64,000 nt of DNA from Macrostomum lignano (lineage: Eukaryota), in contig NIVC01000758.1 in assembly GCA_002269645.1 (NCBI GenBank), forward strand, positions 1 to 64,000, written 5' to 3'. This document shows positions 25,291 through 36,500 of the stretch, piece by piece. Positions within the stretch are counted from its first letter, which is position 1. Every line of letters starts with the position of its first letter. Position numbers and translations under genes: made by a program. The notes under the pieces are model-generated. The model was not told the DNA's origin. It searched no databases and saw only the letters and a list, made by a program, of their open reading frames with translations.

Positions 25291-25947
25291 CTAGTAAGAC
25301 AGAAACAAAGCGTTGGTTCTGGCTCTGCAGTTGACTAAGCAGAAGCCAAACTGCTCAAGCTGCCGCACCTGCCAGATGTTGTTGTCGATGACGAATATGC
25401 GGCTGTACTCGTCTCGAAGCAGCCGGGGCAGCAGCTGCCCAACCAGACCGATTCTGCGCTTTACCTCGGCGAAGGTCAGGATGATCAGGTCAAAGCTGGC
25501 GCCGGCGTCCATACTGTAATCTACGAAGTCCTCCATGCTGCAGTTGAAGTGGAACTTCTCCGGAAAGAACCTGATCGGCCCCTGCGCCACTAGAGCCGAG
25601 CGCTGAGCCCTGTACTCGTACAGCGGCCAGGGGTACAGGTCCACTCCCGTCACCTCGACGTTGAGCTTCCAGTTGTTCACTTGGCAGTTGGTCTGGAAGA
25701 CGTCCATGACAGCGAGGAGGTCGCTGCCGGGCCCACAGCCCAGAGACAGGACTCGGTAGTTTGTCTGGCTAGTGCTATTAATTACATTAGTCAATTCTTC
25801 TTTGACGAAGCACCGCACTAGTGCTCTGTTCTTTATAAGCTGACAGGCGGTATACTCCTTCCGGAACTGACGGCTGTGAAAGTAGGCCAGGTTTCCCTTA
25901 TCCTTGGACTGGTACCAATGAGTATAGCTGTCGTAGACGCTGGCCAT
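25291..25947 (-). CDS. Intronless class I SAM-dependent methyltransferase-like protein, paralogue 2 (218 aa)
   Basis: MASVYDSYTHWYQSKDKGNL...YRVLSLGCGPGSDLL...VTGVD...FDLIILTFAEVK...SRIFVIDNNI; intact ORF. Confidence 0.85.
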   Translation of the reverse strand: MASVYDSYTHWYQSKDKGNLAYFHSRQFRKEYTACQLIKNRALVRCFVKEELTNVINSTSQTNYRVLSLGCGPGSDLLAVMDVFQTNCQVNNWKLNVEVTGVDLYPWPLYEYRAQRSALVAQGPIRFFPEKFHFNCSMEDFVDYSMDAGASFDLIILTFAEVKRRIGLVGQLLPRLLRDEYSRIFVIDNNIWQVRQLEQFGFCLVNCRARTNALFLSY

Positions 25948-26369
25948 TGCTTAGAAAATTGCTGTTACAAGTTGTGGTATTGGATGGATAGCCTATAACT
26001 CTCCCTACAAGGGATGGCCTCTTTTAACTACGAGAGGGATGAGTGCAAGTACAAAGTCAATTGAATTGGAATGTACAGTGCGCTCATTTTGCAATATCAT
26101 CTGTACTTACTGCATTCCAGTGATAAAAAAGTACACACATTTGACACTGCACTTGCACGTATGGCATCAGAAGCAGCCCTCCCAATATTAATTACTAATA
26201 CACTAATTACTCAGCACTCCTCTTCCCGCCTGCAGGGTTGTGTTAGCCATAAAATGCATTGAATTAATTGAATAAATTATCACGTTATGGGCAATGGGAG
26301 TTATGGGAGCGTGGCATGGGTATATTTTAAGAGTTAAGGTATGCATACGATATATAGCGTACTGTGGGG

Positions 26370-26900
26370 AGGAAGCAGGGTGTTATGGGGAGGAAGCAGG
26401 GTGTTACGGAAGAGAGTAGAGTGTTATAGAAGAGAGCAGGGTGTTATGGAAGAGAGCAGGGTGTTACGGAAGAGAGCAGAGTGTTATAGAAGAGAGCAGG
26501 GTGTTACGGAAGAGAGCAGGGTGTTACGGAAGAGAGCAGGGTGTTACGGAAGAGAGCAGGGTGTTATGGAAGAAAGCAGGGTGTTACGGAAGAGAGCAGG
26601 GTGTTACGGAAGAGAGCAGGGTGTTATGGAAGAGAGCAGGGTGTTATAGAAGAGAGCAGGGTGTTACGGAAGAGAGCAGGGTGTTACGGAAGAGAGCAGG
26701 GTGTTACGGAAGAGAGCAGGGTGTTATGGAAGAAAGCAGGGTGTTACGGAAGAGAGCAGGGTGGTACGGAAGAGAGCAGGGTTTTATGGAAGAGAGCAGG
26801 GTTTTATGGAAGAGAGCAGGGTGGTACGGAAGAGAGCAGGGTGTTACGGAAGAGAGCAGGGTGTTACGGAAGAGAGCAGGGTGTTACGGAAGGGAGCAGA
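26370..26900. repeat. 20-bp minisatellite, about 26 copies
   Basis: (GAAGAGAGCAGGGTGTTACG)n. Confidence 0.95.
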
Positions 26901-27603
26901 GTGGGGAAAGGAGCAGCCCTTGGGCGACAAGTGTTCTGCAAGAATAATTTATACAAGCTATTGTATAATTTTATACATGCATATAATACAAACAATATTT
27001 AGTTGCACTTATCAGAGTTGTACAAATCTATTATATCAGTTTTCATCTGATACTGTTACACTGAGAACCTGACGCAGTTGATTTCAACTTTTACAATGCA
27101 ACCAAACCCACGTATACGAGTCCTGCTGCCGTGGCTGCTGTCGCAGGACGCTGGCACTCGAAAATCGTGCGAAGTTCACAGGAGGCCGGTTCCAGTTGTC
27201 CGCGGTAAGAATCGAAATAAAAATACGCAAAACTGTCGCACTTTTAGTTTTCTTGTGAAACAACTGACGATACGAAAATAATCTAAAAATATTCACGGAG
27301 TCTGTGATGGTCAGAGTGGTTGTGAGCGAGCTCGAGTTAATAACACGAGCGTATGGGTCTGCACCCTGACGCCAGTAAATACAGTTGGGTGCTCGGAAAA
27401 ATGTCTTTTTCTGCGGACTGAGTTCACTCAGACTGAGTGGGACCACTGATGCGATTTTAGAAGCTTCTGAGTGAGTACTGCAGTATTCCATGTGCTTTCT
27501 ATTTGTGCAATGCGCAGTCTGGCCAGCCTAGGAGCTTTTTATTCGTGCTTTGTTTCTTCGGTTAACTGCTATTCTAAGCGCACGCAAGGACAGCTTAAGT
27601 AGA

Positions 27604-27906
27604 AGGACGCGACACTCGAAATCTATGGTAAATGTTTTGAAGGCAACTTTTCGCCGAAAAATACACTACAGAGATAGGAGGTTTTAATATCGATATTCAT
27701 AAAGCTTTTCGTTCAGAAATAGTTTTAAAGGCAGGTTTTGCCGGAAAAAATACACTACGGAGATAGGAAATTTCACGATTTTCAACACTAAAACAGTGAT
27801 TGGGTCTCTTAACAGTGTCTGATTAAGTACCTCCTATCTCTGTAGTGTATTTTCGGCGAAAAGTTGCCTTCAAAACATTTACCATAAATTTCGAGTGTAG
27901 CATCCT
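27604..27906. mobile_element. MITE/foldback element with approx. 79-bp terminal inverted repeats
   Basis: 27604-27682 is the reverse complement of 27829-27906 with about 3 mismatches and 1 indel. An internal partial copy (AAAATACACTACGGAGATAGGA) lies at about 27747. No coding capacity. Confidence 0.75.
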
Positions 27907-28100
27907 ATATACCTAAGGTATATGTTACTTGAGAAGTCCTTGAGCGCATATTGCTTGAATTATGGGAACCATACTTTACCCAGACCCCTGGCTCTGAGAG
28001 GAATGCAAGGAACTACTGACCAGTTTCCTCTCCTGGTCTCCAGCCGAGACAGGCAATTGTTTTAGCAAGAATTTCGGAGTGTCGCTTTCATAATTCTGAA

Positions 28101-28223
28101 ATTTCATAACGCCGAAAATTCTGCATGGTCCTTCACAAGACTGAAACTTCATCAGACCGAAAGTTCACATCATAGAAAACTTGATATAACACAGACCATG
28201 CCGAATTTTCGGCGTTGTGAAAT
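28101..28223. repeat. 30-bp inverted repeat (foldback)
   Basis: ATTTCATAACGCCGAAAATTCTGCATGGTC (28101-28130) pairs at 28/30 positions with 28194-28223. Confidence 0.7.
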
Positions 28224-28944
28224 CATTTTATAATTATTTTCATTCAAAAAGATTGGAATCTCCAAAGAACTTAGAACTCCATAGAACTAAGTTCTAACCA
28301 CTCTGAAATTCACCATTCTGAGAACGTCTGCGGCTACGTGAGACCTTTTGGACAAAAGTGCAGCCCCGGAAACAAGAAGCATCGATAACAGGCATCCAAG
28401 AGTGGGCAACAGTGATCAGTGACCATTGACAAGCGCAATCACTTATTTGATCACATTTATTTAGATCTCCCTATTGTAGCTATAGGGATTCCAAAATCCC
28501 CAAAGTCCACAATTCACAATCCCGGAATTGGAAGGCCTAGCTGTAGCTCTCATAAAATAAGTCAGACTCGAACTGGAGGAGTCTTGCCAAAGTGGAAACA
28601 AAGCGGACAGGGGTGGAGATGGGACGGGAACACCTGGGGTCGGGACGAGAGGGATACAATTCTGCTGCTCACTCATTGGCTTCCCGAGAACCAATGAGGA
28701 TTTCAGTCCGGGGAATTGCCGCGGAATTCCGTAGAGGCTGCTCGGAGTATTGTCAAAATTCCGTGCACCCAAACTGTACTCGTACGAGAGCTTGCTCAGT
28801 GCTGCGTACAGCGAAGTGTCATCACCAAAAATAGACCACGGGTTTTCCACGGAAATTTTGTTACATCTGATGTTTTATTGGCATCCATCTGCTAAAAGAA
28901 TGATTAAACCTTTCCTCTGCTTCACACTGCTCGTGACATTCAGC

Positions 28945-29686
28945 ATGTCTTATTCCTGCTGGTGCAACTCAAAAGATAAAGGCAATCTGAAATATTACAA
29001 AACCCAGTCATTTCGCAGAGACTACACGGCCCGCGAGTTGCAAAGCAAGAGAATGTTGATCCATGGGTTCATCGAAGATGAGCTTGAGTCCGCCATCATG
29101 TCAACAGACTTGACCAACTACGAGGTCCTTTCGCTGGGCAGCGGCCCCGGCAGCGACGCCTTGGCTGTTTTGGACGTGTTCCGGTCCGTCAGCGAGACAG
29201 AGAGCCTCAGCGATCTTGACGTCAGCGTCACCATGGTTGATCTGTTTCAATGGCCTCTGGAGCCAATTCGTGAGGAATTTTCCGCTATTAGAGATGAGGG
29301 AAGAATCGGCCAACTTTCAGGAATCTATTTACTCTGATAAGAGCATGGAAGACTATGTGGATGACATCTGGAGCTCAGACCAGTTCTTTGACTTCATCAT
29401 CTTGAGCTTCGCTGAAGTGAAGACGAAAACCAACTTCGTAGTTCAGCAGCTGCCGGAGCTGCTGCAGGGCGATGCCAGCAAGATTTTCATCATTGACAAC
29501 GACATTCGGGAGGTGCACCGACTGGAGAGTTGCGGCTTTCGTTGCGTCGCTACTGATGGTGGTGTTCTATGTGTACGACTGAGAGACTTACAGAGGACTG
29601 CCTCTTACTCTACCAGATGCATCTGCGTGAGCTCAAGGCCGACTTATCCATTGTTCATTCGGATTTTCAAGCCCTTTTTTGCGTAA
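28945..29686 (+). pseudogene. Methyltransferase paralogue 3 with a single +1 frameshift (pseudogene or sequence error)
   Basis: MSYSCWCNSKDKGNL...VLSLGSGPGSDAL...VTMVD in one frame. Removing one G at 29308/9 (ATCGGCC) restores IANFQE...SMEDYV...FDFIILSFAEVK...KIFIIDNDI, collinear with the paralogues. Confidence 0.8.
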
Positions 29687-30588
29687 ATTTGTCACACTTA
29701 CAAAACATTGAAGCCGAGGAGGTTTGCATTGCACTCGTGCTAACACAGTCGATCCGGTATCCCTGTTGGTATCTCAACTGTAGTTTTGTAACTGGCTATC
29801 GCCGGCGGTCAGTGCGGCTGGCAGGCCCTGTGACGCTTTTCTTATTTTCTTTGAAAGCTTTGAGAACAGTGCAAATTTTTGTTGTAATTTCAATTTTTTT
29901 CTTCTTTCGCTCGTAGTTGTTATTGTAGACGCCTAAAATTTTCATAATTTTTGTTTGCTATTGTCAGTGTTTGTCAAAATTTGTATTGTCAAAGCTGATG
30001 AGCGATTTTTACTACATATTATATTTTTATTTGCATTTTACAACATAATTTAGCCTTTTTATCTAAATATAGCAGTAAATGTTAAAATATAATCTTTATG
30101 TCTAACAAATCTCATCTTTCTTCTCGATTTGTTCTTTGAAATAATTTGACAAATAAATTTGAATGCTGGCGACGTGAAAAAAAACATTTTAAAAACTTCT
30201 TACTATTTTAATGAGCAATGTTATAAGAAAGGGATGCATTGCAGAATGATTTTACAACCGAAATTTACTGTAGCAAATGGGCAGAATGGTGAAGCATTGC
30301 GATGCAAATCATTACGGAAATTTGAGCTGTGCAGTTCAAACAGAAGCCGCTCCGAGGTAAAAAGGCGCAATTAGATTGTTTTTTTAATTTATGGTCTAAA
30401 AATTTTTGTGAAATACCTTTTAATAGGTTTCTGAACAGCAAACAACTCGGGTTCATGCTTAAAGTACACTTGCACTTGGGCATTCAGCTAAAAAAGTACA
30501 TTGTACTCTACATACCGGAGGCGCGCGAGCTTATCCGCTACTTTGGAAGTTGCTTTTGTTTTTGTACTCGTAGAAAAAAAGAGGCTTT

Positions 30589-33500
30589 TCAGGCCGCAGT
30601 CTCGGCCGGCTGGGCCGCGGTTGCCATGGCAACGGCATCGTCAACGTCCTCGGCCGGCGACTCGATCAGCGCCGGCGGCGATGCGGCGAAGGCGGCCACC
30701 GCGGCGATGGTCGTCGATGCTGGGGAGGCGGTCGAGGCGGACGGCGAAGCGGCGACGGGCGCGGGCGGCAGCAGCGCCACTTGAGAGCCGGCATCGGCAG
30801 CCGCGACTTCGGCCTCGCCGTCGGCGTCAAGCGGAGGCAGAAGCTGCGGCGAGGCCGGCCCTCGGGCCCGCAGCTGCTGCTGCTGCTGGCTGGAGGACAG
30901 TGCGCTGCCCAGCGACTCGAAGCTGCCGCCGACGCCGCCAACGCCTCCACAGCGGCTGCAGCATCGGCCACCTCCACCGCCGCCACCGCCGCCGATGCCT
31001 CGGAGGCTGCCAGCGACGGATGCGGATGCCGAGGCGGAGAGGAGCAGCGAGTTGGCGGGCCGCAGGAACTGGTGGTGCTGATGGTGGTGGTGGTGGTGGT
31101 TGGCAGGCGAGCTGAGGCCTGACGAGCCGGCAACGCCGCCATTGCAGCGGCCGTGGGAGAAGTACTGCAGGCCGTTGGGCCCGGAGTAGACGCAGTAGGG
31201 GCTGTGGTCCGGGATCAGGTCCGGCGGATTGGCGGCAGAGTTCCAATCGGAAGTGTCCCAGTGGTAGCCTGCGGAGACGGTGATGGTGAGGTGACATTGA
31301 GCTCACGGATGCCTGATAGCCACTTTCACCTGGTAAGTTTCCAGTGGGCTCTATTGGCTGGTTAAAGCTGCGACACTTCTAGCTCTCTATTACGCCTGTT
31401 AAAGCTGTTATTCTAGAATTTCTGTGTTAAAATGTCAAACAAGCCTACTACTGGCAGTAGAGTAGCGCAGTTATTATGCAGTAAAAAATAACTAAAAGTA
31501 AAAAATACCGATTAACAAATAATCAGACAGCGAGTTTATAACAAAATAGAAGTTTATGGCATTGTTATCGGTTTTAGCACGGGTGTTAGAGCCACCTCTT
31601 CTCCCAGGCCAGCCAAATTCTCTGCAATTGTCACCTCTGCGGATCCAGCAGCTGCACTGCCAGCCGTGGCCGCACGGAGCCGCCCGGCCGCCTGGCGAGT
31701 TGAGTTGGAAATTCGGTTTTTTGGAAAATCTCGATCTCACAATTACCGCTGTTGCCCATTGTCGGCTTACGTAAGTGGGAAACAAAACAAAAAATGCTAC
31801 CATTTATTGACCGGCCTACTTATAGTAAGACATCCAAGACATTTCCAGGCTTACTTTGGGATGGGGATATCAACTTTGTGCTTAAGTACAACACAAAGAA
31901 CTGGACGGGCTCAGCTGCTCACTCAGAGACTGAGAGGATGGACTCAGCTGCTCACTCAGAGACTGAGAGGATGGACTCAGCTGCTCACTCAGAGACTGAG
32001 AGGATGGACTCAGCTGCTCACTCAGAGACTGAGAGGATGGGCTCAGCTGCTCACTCAGGGACTGAGAGAATGGACTCTGCTGCTCACTCAGGGACAAAGA
32101 GGATGGGCTCAGCTGCTCACTCGGGGACAAAGAGGATGGGCTCAGCTGATAACTCAGGGACAGAGAGGATGGACTCAGCTGATAACTCAGGGACTGAGAG
32201 GATGGACTCAGCTGATAACTCAGGGACTGAGAGGATGGACTCAGCTGATAACTCAGGGACAGAGAGGATGGACTCAGCTGATAACTCAGGGACAGAGAGG
32301 ATGGGCTCAGCTGATAACTCAGGGACAGAGAGGATGGACTCAGCTGCTCACTCAGGGACTGAGAGGATGGGCTCAGCTGATAACTCAGGGACTGAGAGGA
32401 TGGACTCAGCTGATAACTCAGGGACTGAGAGGATGGGCTCAGCTGATAACTCAGGGACTGATAGGATGGGCTCAGCTGATAACTCAAAGACTAGAGGATG
32501 GACTCAGCTGATAACTCAGGGACTGAGAGGATGGACTCAGCTGCTCACTCAGGGACTGAGAGGATGGACTCAGCTGCTCACTCAGGGACTGAGAGGATGG
32601 ACTCAGCTGCTCACTCAGGGACTGAGAAGATGGACTCAGCTGCTCACTCGGGGACTCGTGTAGGGACCTGACACCCCCCTCCCCCCACTGTAGGGGTGTC
32701 AGGTCCCTACAAGAATAAAACAGACGCATCTGGGAGCGCATCTCTAACCGCTAAAGCAGACAGCCATCTAACTAATGCAATAATAACACATTTACAGCGT
32801 CATAATTATGGTTGTAGAAAACTCAATTCTAGACACGGACGAAGAGCACAGTGGGGTAGCGGAGTAGCGCTGAAGAACTTAAACAAATGATTAATCATGG
32901 TTCAGGTGTGCGCAGAGTTTTACTTGTCTGAGCTGGAATTGCTGCGGCGAAGCTGCCAGCCGCTGCAGCCCTGAAATGCGAGCTCAAAATAGCAGCGAAC
33001 GGACAGGTGCGTTACTAATTAGATGACGAGGTGTTCGGCTTGCTAACTGCTATGAAAGTTACTCCCGCCGTTTACCCGCGCAGCTCGGCTCACCTTGCTC
33101 ATCGATTAGAAAGTCGCCCAGGCCGCCGCCGACTTCACCAACTCCCGACGATGCCGGCAGCCGCACCTGGGGAAACCTCGGCGGGTAGCCGCCGCCGCCA
33201 CCGCGGGGGGTCAGGCAGCGGGTGGGGGTCCCGGCGGCGGACTCAGCCACCAGCTGGCTGGGGTAGCGGCCGTTGCCGATGGCGGTGGCCGCTGTTGACG
33301 ACGGAGGCCGCGGCCGCTCGTAGCAGGCGTAGGTCGGGCTGGGTCCCGCCGAGCCCAGAGGCCCCATGCCGACCCCGAGCGACCCCAGCTCCTTCTGCGG
33401 CACCAGGCGGGTCTCCCCGCTGGCCAGGGTGACCAGCGCCACCGCCTCCGACGGGTCGTGCAGCTCGCAGCCGTAGGCGGAGGCCGGCGACCCGTTGCCG

Positions 33501-36500
33501 TTGCAGTTGCCGTTGCGGCCGCCGCGGGACTTCCTCCGCCGGCCAGAACCGCCGCTACCGCTAGCACCGCTCCGCCGTCGGCACAGGCAGGAGACGCAGA
33601 GGAAGACAATGAAAGCGAGCACCACAAGCAGCAGGGCGGAGCCGGCCACGGTGGCCACCTCCAGGGGGCTGAAGGAGGCCGTGGCGACGCTGGCGCTGCC
33701 GTCAGTCGAGTCGCCGGGCAGACCGGCGCAGGTCGGGCCGGCGAACCCGGAGGTGCAGTTGCAGTGGAAGCTGCCCGGCAGGTTCCGGCAGACGCCGCGG
33801 CCGCTGCAGGGCCCAGGCGGCGGCACCGAGCGGCACTCGTCGATGTCGGTCTCGCAGGTGTCGCCCTGGAAGCCGGTGCCGGCGCAGTCGCACACGGCCT
33901 GGCCGAGCACGGGGCCGCTTCGGCAGCGACCGCCGTTGCGGCATCGACTGGCTGCGGCAGCGGAGGCGCAGGGCTCGGCGTTCACCTCGCAGCGGGCGCC
34001 AACGTAGGGGCTCGGGCAGCGGCAGGAGAAGGCGCCGCTGCCTGCGCTGCTGCCGCTCTCGCAGGCTCCGCCGTGCAGGCAGGGCGTCTTTGCGCAGGGC
34101 GCGGCCAGCAGGGAGTCCGAGCAGCCCGGCCGCAGCCCCTTGGAGGCGCCGGAGAGTCGGAGACGGGGCGCGGTCGCGGGGCCGCGCATGTCGCGCAGGC
34201 AGCCGTTGAAGCCGCGGCCGATGGCGACCTCGTGGGAGCCGCGGGCTGCCAGCGCTGAGTCCGCCGGCAGGTTGGCAAACTGCGGGTCGATGGAGTCCAC
34301 CAGCAGCTGCACGGCGGTGGGGGAGCTGCAGGGGGCAGGTGGACAGCCAATGAGCGGCGAACAGAGCTTGTGGTCTACAAAACAACCCATAGAAGGACTC
34401 ACTGAAGGACTCACTGAAGGACTCACTGAAGGACTCACTGAAGGACTCAATGAAGGACTCACTGAAGGACTCACTGAAGGACTCACTGAAGGACTCACTG
34501 AAGGACTCACTGAAGGACTCACTGGAGGACTCACTGAGCGACCCAATGCTGCAGCGGAGCACCGAGAGAATCTAGAGTCCAATTTCAATTACTACTGGCA
34601 GTAGTGCAGCTCTCACTCACCCATCCGCAGGTCTCAAAAGTCGCACCTCGGCGCTGTGCCAGCGTCCATCGTTGACGGGCAGCCCAGCAGCGGCCAGCTC
34701 CGCGCTGCTGTCGTCGGCAGCTCCAGCTGCAGCCGGCGAGCCAACGGAGAGCCGGCCGTCCGCCCGAAGGCGGAGCTGCAGAACTTCGCGCTGGCCACCG
34801 GCAGTCCGCAGCGTCAGCACCGGCCCCGGCTGCGTCTGGACTGTCCGCAGCTGCAGTCGCAGGCTCTGAAGGCCGCTGTCGAGACTCCAGACGGCACGGG
34901 CCTCGCCCTGGGCGTGCACCGCGGCCATGGACGGCTGAGCCGTGGCAGCGGGCGACAGTCGACCGCCCCGCCAGCAGCCGTCTGTGGCCGGCGGCGGCAG
35001 CAGGTGAAACCGCGGCGCCAGGAAGGAGGCGCGCGCAGTGACCAGCCGGACGGCTGCGGGCGTCGGAGGCGTCGCCAGGCGGGCCTCCAGCGGGCAGAGG
35101 CCGGCAGCGTCCGCCGCCGCGATGCCGACACGGCGGCCGCCTCCGCCGAGCGCTGAGGCCAGCCTGTCGGCGCTCAGTCGCGCTGTCAGCTCAGCGCGGG
35201 TCAGGTAGCGCCGGTCGCGCCGGTCGTAGGCGGCGACGACGACCAGCAGATCGTCGGAGCTGCCGGGGACGTCGCCTTTGACGTCGGAGGCGCTCTGCAG
35301 ACCCAGGACGAAGGCATCATCGGAGTCAATGCGGAGCTGCTGCGAAATCTGCGGATGGGGATGTGGATGGGAATGCGGGTGGGAATGCGGATGGGAATGC
35401 GGGTGGGAATGCGGATGGGAAAGCGGGTGGGAATGCGGATGGAAATGCGGGTGGGAATGCGGATGGGAAAGCGGGTGGTAATGCAGACAGTCGGCCGCTC
35501 ACCGCCTCCCTAGTGACGGACTCGAGCCCGCTGAACACGAAGGAGAAGCCGCTCTCGTTGGACACCCGCAGGCAGACGGCATTCCGCGTCATATCCTCGG
35601 TCGCCATGACAAGGCGCAGGCGCAGCTCCTGGGCAGAGCGCAGGCCGTTGAGCGTCTCCGCGCGCACGCGCAGCCGGTAGTCGGTCCTGGACGCCGCCAG
35701 GTTGCCATTAGAGACCAGCAGGTCGCCAGCGCGGCCCAGCTTGAACCGGTCAGCGTGACTGGCCAGCCGCAGCCGGACATTGGAGTCCTCCAGCTGCCGG
35801 CCGCCGGCCAGGGTGACCCCGCCGAGGCGAAGGCCGGGCGCGGGTGGCTCGGCAAACACGGTGGTGAGGTTCTGCGGCAGCACCCGGGGCGGAGCCGACT
35901 GGGTGCGCACCGTGCGGATGCTCGCCTGTGCGCTGCCGCAGCTGCGGGCGGCGTGGGGGACAGCGGAGGGGGGGGGCGGGATTAGAGTCGGAACTGCGGC
36001 CAGTCAGACCAGTCACAAGTACACCTCACGTAGGGTGTACAGCGGCCCTGACTGTCCCATCGTCTGGCCTGTACACTCCCTGTGCCTTGGGGGTTAAGCC
36101 TCATTGGCGGTCGCTATGCAATCCGCCCAGAGGATCTGGGGGCAGGTAGACCGGTCGCTATGGAATCCACCCAGAGGATCTGGGGGCAGGTAGACCGGTC
36201 GCTATGCAATCCGCCCAGAGGATCTGGGGGCGGGTAGACCGGTCGCTATGGAATCCGCCCAGAGGATCTGGGGGCGGGTAGACCGGTCGCTATGGAATCC
36301 GCCCAGAGGATCTGGGGGCGGGTAGACCGGTCGCTATGCAATCCGTCGAGAGGATCTGGGGCGGGTAGACCGATCGCTATGCAATCCGCCCAGAGGATCT
36401 GGGGGCGGGTAGACCGATCGCTATGCAATCCGCCCAGAGGATCTGGGGGCGGGTAGACCGGTCGCTATGCAATCCGCCCAGAGGATCTGGGGGCGGGTAG

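Noticed and set aside
27078-27450. Possible two-exon Cys-rich plus-strand peptide
   Set aside because: Weak acceptor, no signal peptide and no recognisable family.
28461-28850. IFGDDTSLY resembling an RT FADD motif
   Set aside because: No flanking RT motifs; it could be chance or a very old LINE fragment.
31666-32663. SAAHSETERMD repeat ORFs
   Set aside because: 33-bp array inside the last Fat intron; the flanking exons join without it.
33458-34258. Long plus-strand GC-rich ORFs over Fat exons (also 52866-54370)
   Set aside because: Antisense shadows of GC-rich coding exons.
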